IMG/VR virus record: IMGVR_UViG_3300050821_010764
Coordinates: 32,001 to 96,000 of that record
Length of the DNA stretch: 64,000 bases
Strand: one strand, 5' to 3'
DNA from: a virus
Of this stretch, positions 19,581 through 29,136 are shown in pieces. Each line of letters opens with the position of its first letter. The first letter of the stretch is position 1. Under the pieces are notes generated by a model that saw only the letters and a list, made by a program, of their open reading frames with translations, was not told the DNA's origin and did no database searches. The position numbers were made by a program, and so were the translations under genes.

Positions 19581-20353
19581 AAGCATTAACAGATTTATTA
19601 CAAAAACATCCAGAAGTATTGAACAAATATGTTTCCATAGGTTTTGCCTTAGTAGACAAGACTGTTGCCCCAATTAATAAGTTCATGCAACATTTGATGG
19701 TAGTTCAAGGAATTGATCCTAACACCCAGCCTGGTGAAAAGGAAAGAAAAGCTCTTGAAGATATGTTGAACAATGTCGATGATTCGGAAGAGTTTGAGGA
19801 AAATTTTGATTTTGCTCCAGCATTGAAAGCTTTTGATAAGACCAACAAGAAGCTACAACATCTTCATCTAACTAAAGAAAAGTTCAAAGATTTGACTGAT
19901 GTATCTCAATTGGGTGTAGCTCAGCCTTCATTACAGAGAACTAAGCCCGCTAAGATTTTCAATTCCGAAGGTTTATTGAATTCTGGTTCTCTCAAAGAAG
20001 CCCTTCAAACTCTCAAGAAATACGCTGAAGAATTAGAATTTGATAAAGACGAATCAACCCAGCTGTCTCCCAAATTAGCTAAAGCTCGTGAGTTAACACA
20101 ACAAATGGTAGACAGAGGACTGTTAGATTCTAGTGTCAAAGCGTTTCAAGCTCAGGTAGATGAAATTCTAAAGTTCAGTGATGATGCTTTAACTTCATTA
20201 GAGAAAGTAATTTTAAGACACCCTAAGACAGAACCTAAAAATGCTACTTCTCGTCAAAGTGTAGCAGTGGGTAAAAACAAGAAAACTAGAGCTAAAGCTA
20301 AAGTAACTAAGAGTTTCAAAGGTTGTTTTAGAAGAGTGTCTGATAAAGAATAA
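19577..20353 (+). CDS. Protein carrying a copy of the scaffold C-terminal domain and a basic tail
   Basis: 26/51 ungapped identity to the C-terminal part of 48096..51662. Confidence 0.65.
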   Translation: MKALTDLLQKHPEVLNKYVSIGFALVDKTVAPINKFMQHLMVVQGIDPNTQPGEKERKALEDMLNNVDDSEEFEENFDFAPALKAFDKTNKKLQHLHLTKEKFKDLTDVSQLGVAQPSLQRTKPAKIFNSEGLLNSGSLKEALQTLKKYAEELEFDKDESTQLSPKLAKARELTQQMVDRGLLDSSVKAFQAQVDEILKFSDDALTSLEKVILRHPKTEPKNATSRQSVAVGKNKKTRAKAKVTKSFKGCFRRVSDKE

Positions 20354-20376
20354 TCTCGTATAATATCTGAGGTAAA

Positions 20377-20802
20377 ATGCCAATTAGAACGGTCAAACAA
20401 TATACAGATAGAGGAAAGATTAAGGATTTAGTTGTCCGTTTGGGCGAAACTATTGTCCCAGAATCTGAACCATCTTCATCCGAACTTAGGATGAAGAAGC
20501 TGTATGAGTTTGCTCAGATTTGCAAAGACAAGAAATTGCAAGATGCCATTGGTTTTATTACGACAGATTACATTGCTGACAAAAACGCCATCCCGCTCAG
20601 TGCCTACCGTCTTAGACAGATGGTCGCTGATATAAAGTCTAAGTCTCCAGGAAAGATTGATGCGCTTGAGAAGCAATTTTCTGAATGTTTTGCTGAACCG
20701 TTGGATCCTGAAGCATTGGATTATCTAAACAAAAAGCATGCCCGAGTCAAGACCGCTAGTGTGCGAAAACCTCCTATTTTTTGGAGAGCGAGAAAATCAT
20801 GA
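20377..20802 (+). CDS. Hypothetical protein
   Basis: GAGG RBS. Confidence 0.6.
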   Translation: MPIRTVKQYTDRGKIKDLVVRLGETIVPESEPSSSELRMKKLYEFAQICKDKKLQDAIGFITTDYIADKNAIPLSAYRLRQMVADIKSKSPGKIDALEKQFSECFAEPLDPEALDYLNKKHARVKTASVRKPPIFWRARKS

Positions 20803-21668
20803 AGTGTATATCTTGTGAAATTGAAATCAATCCACAATGGACTCATGCCATTGATATCAATGTGTGCCCATTCTGTGGGAAACACATTATGGAAGAGCAT
20901 TTAAAGAATTTATTTGCTACTCTTCGTGAGACTATGGATTCTTTGAAAGAATATCCTGAGCAAGTAAATGATTGGATGTTATCAAACCACAATTATATCA
21001 AAACAGATTCTCCTAACATTGGACAGTACATGCCAAAGGAGATGCTTAAAGAACTTAAGAAGATTGAAGATGATAAAGAATTCCTTAAGAAGAAGGAATC
21101 TCAGAAGTCTATTGTTAAGGTCAAGACCGAACAAGGCGAAGAGGATGTGCTGGTAGAAAAGATTCAATCGGAAGAGAAGACTAATGACTTCTTTAAAAGA
21201 GCCGAAGTTATCAAGCCACAGCAAACCAATCAACAACTTGGACCCAATGTTAGTCCCAGCTTTAACTCTCCAGCAGAAAAGACTCAACATCTTAAAAAGG
21301 TATTTCAACAAATCAAGAAAGCCGGCTCTCAGGGTCTAACGGATCCTTCTGGTGGTAGTATGATGCTTCCTGCCGGTATGATGGACCAAGCTGATCCAGA
21401 AGCGGTGGCAGAATTTCAACAGATGATTTCTGGTGGTGCTGAAGTGGCGTCTTCCCTAGATGCCGAGCTAGATGACGATTTGCCGGGTGGAGACTATATC
21501 TTGCAGGCTAACATCGCCGCCGCGCAAGGAAAGGCTGCTGGAGGCTCTGGAGGCGGAGCAAATGCCAAAGACATGGCACATCTACAAAGACTACAAGCCA
21601 AGGTATCTCAGGCTCGCCGCGATGTGGTCAATGGTACAGGAGCTAAAGGCTCATTTTCACGATCATAA
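20799..21668 (+). CDS. Zinc-ribbon-containing hypothetical protein
   Basis: MKCISC...CPFCG; ATGA overlap at 20799. Confidence 0.6.
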   Translation: MKCISCEIEINPQWTHAIDINVCPFCGKHIMEEHLKNLFATLRETMDSLKEYPEQVNDWMLSNHNYIKTDSPNIGQYMPKEMLKELKKIEDDKEFLKKKESQKSIVKVKTEQGEEDVLVEKIQSEEKTNDFFKRAEVIKPQQTNQQLGPNVSPSFNSPAEKTQHLKKVFQQIKKAGSQGLTDPSGGSMMLPAGMMDQADPEAVAEFQQMISGGAEVASSLDAELDDDLPGGDYILQANIAAAQGKAAGGSGGGANAKDMAHLQRLQAKVSQARRDVVNGTGAKGSFSRS

Positions 21669-21684
21669 TTGAGGACGGTAAGTT

Positions 21685-21987
21685 ATGTCCATTAAAGTAA
21701 TTGACAATAAAAGAGTAGATATGACAGATGATGAGTGGGCTATGTACCTCAAAATCGTCAAATCATATACTACAGTTAATAACAAAGGTGAAGACCTATT
21801 CAAGAATCTGTTTGAAACGGGTCCTGATGGAATTATTATCTTTTTGAAGCCGCCTTCTACCTTTAGAACTAGCTTCGAAGTATTCTTATTTTTGATGAGT
21901 TTAATGCAGCACCAGCATCTTCGTTTGATGCACCAACAGGTGGACGACGTGTGCCAGCAGATGAAAGAAAAATTGAAGGACAAGTAA
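21685..21987 (+). CDS. Hypothetical protein
   Basis: GAGG RBS. Confidence 0.6.
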   Translation: MSIKVIDNKRVDMTDDEWAMYLKIVKSYTTVNNKGEDLFKNLFETGPDGIIIFLKPPSTFRTSFEVFLFLMSLMQHQHLRLMHQQVDDVCQQMKEKLKDK

Positions 21988-22041
21988 TTCTATTTGTCGA
22001 GAGAAAGTTCACGATATTCTATATTACAGAAGGAAGACAAC

Positions 22042-22554
22042 ATGACCCAGCAGGTAAGACTTAGCGATTTTTTGGGCACGGAATTAGAGGAAGATTTTGC
22101 TAATTTCGATATGACTGAGATTGAGCAAGTGTTGGTAAATTTGAGAGATATCGATGCTATCGATTTGTCTCACGTAGAAATGCTACAACAGCAGTCTCTA
22201 CGAGGAGCAGATGTGATTGCAGGGTATCTAGGTAAGATGGTAAAGACAATCGGTTATCTAGAAGCGAAAGTAAACAGTACAAAGAATAAAGTGTCTTTGG
22301 AGTACTCGGCGCCAGATGGGTCAAGGACGACAGTAGACATGAAAAAATGGGCAGGAGAAAGTTCGCCCGAAGTAGAAGCAGTACAAATTAAACTAGCATA
22401 CGCTAAGGGAAGCAAGTTAGTCCTCGACCGCAAATATGAAATTTTGGTGAAGGCTCACCATCATTTTAAAGATATTGCCGCCGGGCTCCGCAAGACGATC
22501 CTCGGATATAGTCAGAGCACGACTAACGAGCCAGTCCCCAACGGCTATGAATGA
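22042..22554 (+). CDS. Possible UvsY-like recombination mediator
   Basis: Helical 170-aa protein directly upstream of RecA; loose resemblance only. Confidence 0.35.
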   Translation: MTQQVRLSDFLGTELEEDFANFDMTEIEQVLVNLRDIDAIDLSHVEMLQQQSLRGADVIAGYLGKMVKTIGYLEAKVNSTKNKVSLEYSAPDGSRTTVDMKKWAGESSPEVEAVQIKLAYAKGSKLVLDRKYEILVKAHHHFKDIAAGLRKTILGYSQSTTNEPVPNGYE

Positions 22555-22565
22555 TGGGAGATAAA

Positions 22566-23762
22566 ATGTCGAACAAATTAGATGCGTTTTTCAAAAGTTA
22601 TGCTGACTCGGAAGAGCAAATAGATTTCAGAATGGCTCACGAAACTGTGGGCGAAAAGGTCCCAGTTATTTCGACCGGCTCCGCCGCACTAAATGATGCG
22701 CTGTCTTCTGGTGGTCTTCCAAAAGGAAGACTGATTCAATATTACGGTCCTACTGGAAGTGGTAAAACTTTGATGGCTATGATTGCCATGCTAGAAGCTC
22801 AACGCCAAGACCCCACTTCTCAACAGATGTTTATTGACGCCGAGCAAACTTTCGATCCCAATTGGGCAGAAGTTTTAGGCGTAGACACATCTCGTGTTAT
22901 TCATGTGTTCGGTGATAAAGCGGCTAATGGTCGTAAGTGTTTTGAAATGCTTTTAGGTGTTCCAAAAGAAGATGCAAAAACTCACGTACTTAAAGGTAAA
23001 TCTAAAGAAGGTTTACTAGATTTAATCAGTGCCAAAGAGTTAAACATTAACCTAATTGTTCTAGATTCACTAGGTTCAATTGTGCCTCCTGGAGAAGATA
23101 CTTCAGTAGTTGGTAAGATGAACATGGCTTTGTTAGCCAGATTCTTAACGACCACTTTCAAGAAACTCACTTTAGAAGTTAGCAAAGCAAATATTCCTTT
23201 CATCATTATCAATCACAAGAAAGATAATATGGATCCTTATGGTGCCGACCATACTTATTCAGGTGGTAACACTTACGCACACACACTAAGTGCAAATGTC
23301 TATTTCGAAGCAGTACAACGTAAAGATGCAATGATTCTTGATGAGAAAGAGAATAAGGTTGGACATCCTTTGCGAGCTACTATTGAAAAATCTAAGTTTG
23401 GACCTTGGCCAAGAAAGTGCGAATTCAAAGTAAATTTTGGAATCGGTGTTATAGACACACACGAAGAAATCGGACGCTTGGCGCTAGACTACAACGTAGT
23501 CGTCAAGACTTCCAGCGTTTCTCATGAATATGGAGACCGCAAGTGGGTTGGTGAACCCAAGTTTTTTGAAGCTGTCAAGAGTGACCCTGCATTAGCAGCT
23601 GAGTTGTTAATGAAGGCAAATGAAGCTCGCGAAGCTAAAATGGAAGCCAAGAGACAAGAACAAATTGCTAAGAGAGCAGCTTTTGAAGCCGCCGCACAAG
23701 CTGGTATCACAACACTTGATGCTGATGGTGAAAAGAAGAAAGGGAAGAAAGGTAGCAAATAA
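22566..23762 (+). CDS. recA: RecA/UvsX-like recombinase
   Basis: ISTGS..LN.AL..GGLPKGR, YGPTGSGKT, FIDAEQTFD, LIVLDSLG, KSKFG. Confidence 0.93.
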   Translation: MSNKLDAFFKSYADSEEQIDFRMAHETVGEKVPVISTGSAALNDALSSGGLPKGRLIQYYGPTGSGKTLMAMIAMLEAQRQDPTSQQMFIDAEQTFDPNWAEVLGVDTSRVIHVFGDKAANGRKCFEMLLGVPKEDAKTHVLKGKSKEGLLDLISAKELNINLIVLDSLGSIVPPGEDTSVVGKMNMALLARFLTTTFKKLTLEVSKANIPFIIINHKKDNMDPYGADHTYSGGNTYAHTLSANVYFEAVQRKDAMILDEKENKVGHPLRATIEKSKFGPWPRKCEFKVNFGIGVIDTHEEIGRLALDYNVVVKTSSVSHEYGDRKWVGEPKFFEAVKSDPALAAELLMKANEAREAKMEAKRQEQIAKRAAFEAAAQAGITTLDADGEKKKGKKGSK

Positions 23763-24103
23763 TGACCGAGAAAGATTTTGCAATAAGTGTAACTGCTGCT
23801 CCGCCAGTAGGACACATTTCTAAAAAGCCTTGTTATCTGATTACTCTCGAAGAGTCATCTGGTAAAGGCAAGAGCATTATTAGATTCATTGCGATAGATA
23901 AGCCGGCTTTTGAGACCACCTTCATTCAAGTTAAGGGCGTTTACTCTCTTCTGGGTGAAGAAGAAATCACCAAAAGATTTAGCGAGATTATTGCTTCAAC
24001 TCCTAAAGAAGAAATTGTAGATATGATGTTTCCGTCTCATAGAGTTCATAGCATCAGAAGCCTTGTTTTTAACGCAAATAAACCCTCAACACTGATCAAA
24101 TAA
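23762..24103 (+). CDS. Hypothetical protein
   Basis: Coupled to recA. Confidence 0.6.
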   Translation: MTEKDFAISVTAAPPVGHISKKPCYLITLEESSGKGKSIIRFIAIDKPAFETTFIQVKGVYSLLGEEEITKRFSEIIASTPKEEIVDMMFPSHRVHSIRSLVFNANKPSTLIK

Positions 24104-24135
24104 TTCGATCAAAAAGTAAGAAAGTGAGTAATAAA

Positions 24136-24450
24136 ATGGCATCTAATAGTAAGATAATCAATCGCAGAAATGCAGCGATTAGCCACGTCGATGACGTAGT
24201 TTTTCGAGGTATCTCTTCGGTGATAGAAAGACAATCTGCGGGCATTTGGATTGGTACAGTTACGAATTTGACAACGGCTCTTAACCGAGTTTTGAGCAAG
24301 AGACAAAGGACAATTTTACCAGGAAGTCCAGGCGCACTCAGAGTGGTAATTAATAGAGTGGTCAATAGACTACGCAATAGAGGTATCGGAGTAAGATTTA
24401 GCCGTTCCTCAGATCATACTAGAACTCGTTTCGTTAGATTTGCACGCTGA
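24136..24450 (+). CDS. Arg-rich small protein, possibly nucleic-acid binding
   Basis: Highly basic; W.GTVTNL...PGSPGALRVVINRVVNRLRNRGI. Confidence 0.55.
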   Translation: MASNSKIINRRNAAISHVDDVVFRGISSVIERQSAGIWIGTVTNLTTALNRVLSKRQRTILPGSPGALRVVINRVVNRLRNRGIGVRFSRSSDHTRTRFVRFAR

Positions 24451-24529
24451 TGTGCTAAAATAAAAAACGTCGTTTCGCTAAATAAAAAGTACCTTTGTGT
24501 ACAGAAGATAAATATAGCAGGAGAATACA

Positions 24530-25294
24530 ATGACTACATTCGGTGAAGTTTCTTATAATGATGATGTGTACGGTGGTTCAGATAACAAAAAGGGTGGAAA
24601 CAACAAGGACTTGTTCCTTCGTTTGGCTGAAGGTTCCAACGAGCTAAGACTCGTAACCGCGCCTTTCCAATACCTTGTTCACAAGGTCAAGAAAGACCCA
24701 ACCAATCCAAAAGATTTTGGACAGAAGGTTGGATGCTCTGCCCTTCATGGCAGCTGCCCACTTTGCGATGGTGGCGATAAAGCCAAGCCACGTTGGTTCT
24801 ACGGTGTGATTGACCGTAAGACTGGAACCTATAAGGTGCTAGATGTTTCGTTTGCTGTCTTTTCAGCAATTCGTAAGCTAGCCAGAAACACTGCACGTTG
24901 GGGTGATCCAACCAAGTACGACATCGATATCGTTGTCGACAAAAACGGTGGACCAACCAACTACTACTCTGTGCAACCAATCTCCAAGGAGCCACTTTCT
25001 GCAACTGATCAACAGTTGAAGGACAACGCTGATTTGGACGATTTGAAGAGACGCTGCACTCCTCCAACCTTGGAGCAATTGCAACGTAGAGTTGACAAGA
25101 TCATGGGCGTTGCATCTGATGCAACTGCCGTCGCCGCAGCTGCTGTAGCTGCTGCACCTCCAGCAACTGGCAAGAAGGCATCTGCGAAAGCAGCTCCTAA
25201 AGCCGCTGCTCCTGTGAGCATGACTGATGACGAGGAAATGGGCGGAGACTTCCCAGCCTATGACGGCAGCTCTGAAGCTGACGCCACTTCCTAA
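24530..25294 (+). CDS. Single-stranded DNA-binding protein (T4 gp32-like)
   Basis: FLRL.EG.NELR, C...CPLC, WGDPT.YDI.I......T.YSV; acidic C-terminal tail; AGGAG RBS. Confidence 0.75.
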   Translation: MTTFGEVSYNDDVYGGSDNKKGGNNKDLFLRLAEGSNELRLVTAPFQYLVHKVKKDPTNPKDFGQKVGCSALHGSCPLCDGGDKAKPRWFYGVIDRKTGTYKVLDVSFAVFSAIRKLARNTARWGDPTKYDIDIVVDKNGGPTNYYSVQPISKEPLSATDQQLKDNADLDDLKRRCTPPTLEQLQRRVDKIMGVASDATAVAAAAVAAAPPATGKKASAKAAPKAAAPVSMTDDEEMGGDFPAYDGSSEADATS

Positions 25295-25323
25295 CGAACA
25301 CTGCTAAGTAAGTCAAGCAAAAG

Positions 25324-25358
25324 AGGAGATAAGGTAACACTTATCTCCTTTTCTATTT
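25324..25358 (+). terminator. Intrinsic terminator after SSB
   Basis: AGGAGATAAG-GTAACA-CTTATCTCCT followed by a T-rich tract. Confidence 0.8.
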
Positions 25359-25378
25359 TGTCCGATATATGACCTAGT

Positions 25379-25936
25379 ATGAAAAAAGTATTAGGATTTG
25401 ATGTGTCGAGTACTACAATTGGTTGGTGTGTATTAGAGATTAATGAAACAACCAAAGAGATCGATTATAAAGTTTGTGACTATGTCAAACCCCTAAAGAA
25501 GGGATCCATCATTGAACGTATTGTAGATACCAGAAATAAGATTTCTGTTATTATCAATAAGGTACAACCAGATTATATTGGCATTGAAGATATTATCCAA
25601 TTCATGCAAGGCAAAAGTACTGCCAAAACTATTATCATGCTAACTACATTTAATAGGATGATTGGATTATGCGCTTATGATTATCTGGGAAGGTCGCCGG
25701 AGTTATTCAATGTCATGACTATTAGGCATGGACTAAAAGAAGATAAAGTTTTGCCAAAAAAAGAAGATATGCCGGAGCTTGTCGCTAAACATTTAGGAAT
25801 TACATTTCCTTACGAGTACAATAAAAAGGGCAAAGTCAAAGTGGAAAGTTTCGACAAAGCGGATGGTGTAGCTGTCGCTCTCTATTATGCACGAGTCCTC
25901 ACTGATAAGGTCAAGCGTAAGGGTAAGAAAAAATGA
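25379..25936 (+). CDS. RuvC-like Holliday junction resolvase
   Basis: VLGFDVSSTTIGW, IGIED, D.ADGVAVA RNase H-fold acidic residues. Confidence 0.8.
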   Translation: MKKVLGFDVSSTTIGWCVLEINETTKEIDYKVCDYVKPLKKGSIIERIVDTRNKISVIINKVQPDYIGIEDIIQFMQGKSTAKTIIMLTTFNRMIGLCAYDYLGRSPELFNVMTIRHGLKEDKVLPKKEDMPELVAKHLGITFPYEYNKKGKVKVESFDKADGVAVALYYARVLTDKVKRKGKKK

Positions 25937-26871
25937 ATCTCAAGGAAGCCTACTCAATCTTAGAAATTCCCCAGACCTCCACACCGGAGGAGGCTAAGAA
26001 GAAGTACCGCGAACTTACGAAAAAGTATCACCCCGACATCAATAAGGAGGTTGGAGCCGAAGATAAGTTCAAAAAGATCAATGAAGCTTATCAGGTAGTC
26101 TCTTCTGGTAGAAGTACTGATCGTGAAGATGTGATGCATCAGCGCAATCCATTTACCAATCCTTTTGGTAGCCAGATTCAATATCAGGCAGAAAATATTC
26201 CTTTACACACTACTATCTCATTTAAAGATTCAGTGAGGGGATGTAAAGTGGATCTAAAGTTTAACCGCAATGCCAAGTGCAAAAACTGCCATGGTCAAGG
26301 CGAAGTATCCATCCATAATGGTTGTACTAAATGTGGTGGTAAAGGACAAGTCGTTAGTCGTCAGGGCAACATGATAGTAGTACGGACTTGTGATAAATGT
26401 TTTGGTCGGTCATCTGCCGAGGCATGTAAAAGCTGCAACGCTACTGGTGTGGTAGAAACTGAAACCTCTATTAACGTCACCATCCCTGGCGGAATTCAGA
26501 ATGGGAATATTCTGCGTGTAGGTGGAATGGGAAACTTTGCCGGTCATTTCGGACCACTAGAACAACACACAGACGTGCATCTGCACGTGGCTGTGACTCC
26601 AGAAAAGGGCTTATCCCTAGATGGTAATCAGGTGGTATCTACTTTAGAAATATCTCTTCTAGAAGCCCTGAAAGGGTGCCAAAAGGTAGTTCCTACTATT
26701 TTTGGCAATAAAGAAATAGAAGTAAAACCGATGTCTAGGAATAAAGAAGAGATTATAATTCCACGTTTAGGCGTGAATGGCACTGGGAATCAAAGAGTAA
26801 TTCTAGACGTCAAATACCCAGCGGATGTCCATAAGATTATCGACATCCTTACTAATGAGAGGATATCATAA
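25933..26871 (+). CDS. dnaJ: DnaJ chaperone
   Basis: J domain with HPD, four CxxCxGxG-like repeats, C-terminal domain; short G/F region. Confidence 0.92.
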   Translation: MNLKEAYSILEIPQTSTPEEAKKKYRELTKKYHPDINKEVGAEDKFKKINEAYQVVSSGRSTDREDVMHQRNPFTNPFGSQIQYQAENIPLHTTISFKDSVRGCKVDLKFNRNAKCKNCHGQGEVSIHNGCTKCGGKGQVVSRQGNMIVVRTCDKCFGRSSAEACKSCNATGVVETETSINVTIPGGIQNGNILRVGGMGNFAGHFGPLEQHTDVHLHVAVTPEKGLSLDGNQVVSTLEISLLEALKGCQKVVPTIFGNKEIEVKPMSRNKEEIIIPRLGVNGTGNQRVILDVKYPADVHKIIDILTNERIS

Positions 26872-27209
26872 TGGCATTTTCCACATTCTGCACCAATAAA
26901 GGTTGCGGCAAAATTCAAGAACCTTATCTAGATCCTAAGGACAATAAAGTTTATTGCTCGGAGTGTGATAGAGAAATAACCAACATTACGCCGTTTGTCA
27001 AGATCCAAATGAAGAGCATGAAGCAATTTCGACAGACTAAGCCGAAACCCTTTGCTGTCAAGTGCCCGGCATGTGGTAGAGAAGAGCAGCCGATGCACCT
27101 TGGCGACGATATAGTCTGTAGTATGTGTGGCGATCCACTCAATAATCTGAGCCCAATCTTCAAAAATATGCTCAAAGAAAAGTTGAAAAACGCCAATAAA
27201 GATGTCTAA
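26871..27209 (+). CDS. Double zinc-ribbon protein
   Basis: CTNKGC...CSEC and CPAC...CSMC. Confidence 0.65.
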   Translation: MAFSTFCTNKGCGKIQEPYLDPKDNKVYCSECDREITNITPFVKIQMKSMKQFRQTKPKPFAVKCPACGREEQPMHLGDDIVCSMCGDPLNNLSPIFKNMLKEKLKNANKDV

Positions 27210-27233
27210 ATTCGCCACGTTAGGAAGTATGGC

Positions 27234-28001
27234 ATGTTAAACAAAATCATTGAATCCTGTCAATTTCTGTTGGAGAATTTCCCAGAAGCGCAAGAAGCTA
27301 GAGACTATTTGGATTCTAGGCTCAACAAAGAGAGTCGGCAGCAATTCCAATTTGGTTATTTCCCAAGGACTAATAATCTAAATGTCTTAACTGAAATGGT
27401 AGGAGAAGAGGCGTTACTTAATACAAGTCTATTGTATTATAGAGAGATAGAAGACTCTTTATCTCATCGAATGATTCCTGTTCCTTATTTCGAAGACTAT
27501 CCGGTTATCATGCCATTTCGTAATACTTACGGCGAGATAGTGGCTATTGTAGGAAGAACCTTACTGAGTGAAGAGGAGCAGAAGGCGAAGAAAATTCCCA
27601 AGTACAAGAATACTAAAAAAACGAGACGATTTGAGAAAGGTCAATTAGTTTTTGGATTGCACGAAAATAAACAACATATTTTAGACCAAAACTGTGTTTA
27701 TGTCGTAGAAGGTCAGTTCGACGTTATTAAAGCTGTTGAAAAGGGATTTAGGAATATTGTCGCATTAGGTACTTCTAATATGACAGCCTATCAATTTTCT
27801 GTCATTAGTCGATACACCGATAACATATTTCTGTTATTGGATAATGATGTAGCTGGCGAAAAGGGGAGGAAACTAGCGATTAACAAGTATGGCAAACTTG
27901 CCAATATTCAGAATTTTTACTTACCAGAAAGTTATAAAGACATCGACGAATACCTAACCAAAAATGGTAATGAGTCTGTGTCTTTTGTTGTCAAAGCGTG
28001 A
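27234..28001 (+). CDS. dnaG: DnaG primase catalytic core (TOPRIM) without zinc-binding domain
   Basis: YL.SR...FQFGYFP, IMPF...GR, PKYKNT, VVEGQFDVI, ALGT, DNDVAG, KDIDEYL. Confidence 0.88.
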   Translation: MLNKIIESCQFLLENFPEAQEARDYLDSRLNKESRQQFQFGYFPRTNNLNVLTEMVGEEALLNTSLLYYREIEDSLSHRMIPVPYFEDYPVIMPFRNTYGEIVAIVGRTLLSEEEQKAKKIPKYKNTKKTRRFEKGQLVFGLHENKQHILDQNCVYVVEGQFDVIKAVEKGFRNIVALGTSNMTAYQFSVISRYTDNIFLLLDNDVAGEKGRKLAINKYGKLANIQNFYLPESYKDIDEYLTKNGNESVSFVVKA

Positions 28002-28073
28002 TAATTAAACTAAAATTACCACTCCTTGCTATTGATATATTCTGATTCAGTCTTTAACTTTACTGGAGTTCAA

Positions 28074-28514
28074 ATGGAACGTAGAAAAAATCGTAGCGAC
28101 AAATACCAATGGGTCCTGTTGGAAACAGTTTGTTCGAATGACATGATGGAAGCCTTTTGCAATGAAGACAGCATTTACAATAGACTTAACCCATTTCAGT
28201 ACGATGAGGACCTAATGGATTTAGAAGAGCAGTTGAAGCAAGAGTTTTGGAGAGTGGTAGATACCCTTTTGACTCCAAGACAAAGAGAAGTGATTAGACT
28301 TTACGCAGATGGCTACACTCAGATGGAGATTGCCAAGATGCTGAATGTCAACCAAAGTTCTATTACCAAGTCTTTAAATGGAAATGTGGACTACAAGAAT
28401 GGTAAGAAGATTTACGGTGGGGCTAGAAAGAAAATCCGCAAGATTATCGAAAACGATGACAGGATTAAAGAGATACTAGCAGAGATGGCAGCTTGTAGAG
28501 AAGAAAAGTGGTAA
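28074..28514 (+). CDS. Sigma factor region 4-like HTH transcription protein
   Basis: LTPRQREVIRLYADGYTQMEIAKMLNVNQSSITKSL; GGAG RBS before ATG 28074. Confidence 0.75.
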   Translation: MERRKNRSDKYQWVLLETVCSNDMMEAFCNEDSIYNRLNPFQYDEDLMDLEEQLKQEFWRVVDTLLTPRQREVIRLYADGYTQMEIAKMLNVNQSSITKSLNGNVDYKNGKKIYGGARKKIRKIIENDDRIKEILAEMAACREEKW

Positions 28515-28518
28515 GATA

Positions 28519-28554
28519 AAAGGCGGGCTTCATTTGAAGCCCGCCTTTCTTTTT
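28519..28554 (+). terminator. Intrinsic terminator separating the replication and head modules
   Basis: AAAGGCGGGCTTC-ATTT-GAAGCCCGCCTTT plus T tract. Confidence 0.88.
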
Positions 28555-28659
28555 GGTAATAAAATGGACTTATTAGGTATACTACCCGCCTAAATAAGTA
28601 GAAAATCGTATCAATATTTCTTTATCTATAGTAGGCACGTTCTGTTTATGGGAGACGTA

Positions 28660-29115
28660 ATGTCAAAAAATTCGATAGATTACTCTAGTTTGGAAACCAA
28701 AATCTACAAAAGAGCTTACAAACTGAGCGATGTTAAAGATCGTTTGGAAACCGTTGCTTTTGACATTGTTAGATTCAAAGATAGTGATAAGGCTGCTGAT
28801 TTGTGGCAGGTACAGAACGCCGAAGACGGTGATTATATCGTTGCGATGTACCAGTCTGAGGAAGAAGAGAAGACTGCTTCCTGGGGTGTGACTGTCAGCA
28901 AGACTGCCGGTGACCTACAGGTCTCTTACAAAGGCGATCCTCTAGTTAGCATCTCGTCTGGCAAGTTAGGAATACCTCCTTCCGAGCTATATAAGATTGA
29001 AGAATACCTACCTGCTAAGCTAGCTGCAAACAAGAAATTGGTCAAGGCTCTACTCAATGAGTTGCCAGCATCAGCTAAAAATGCGGTATTAAATAAATAC
29101 CCTGAGTTGGTTTAA
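28660..29115 (+). CDS. Hypothetical head-module protein
   Basis: GGGAG RBS; contains KTAS and KTAG. Confidence 0.6.
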   Translation: MSKNSIDYSSLETKIYKRAYKLSDVKDRLETVAFDIVRFKDSDKAADLWQVQNAEDGDYIVAMYQSEEEEKTASWGVTVSKTAGDLQVSYKGDPLVSISSGKLGIPPSELYKIEEYLPAKLAANKKLVKALLNELPASAKNAVLNKYPELV

Positions 29116-29136
29116 CATACGGAATAGGATGCTTAA

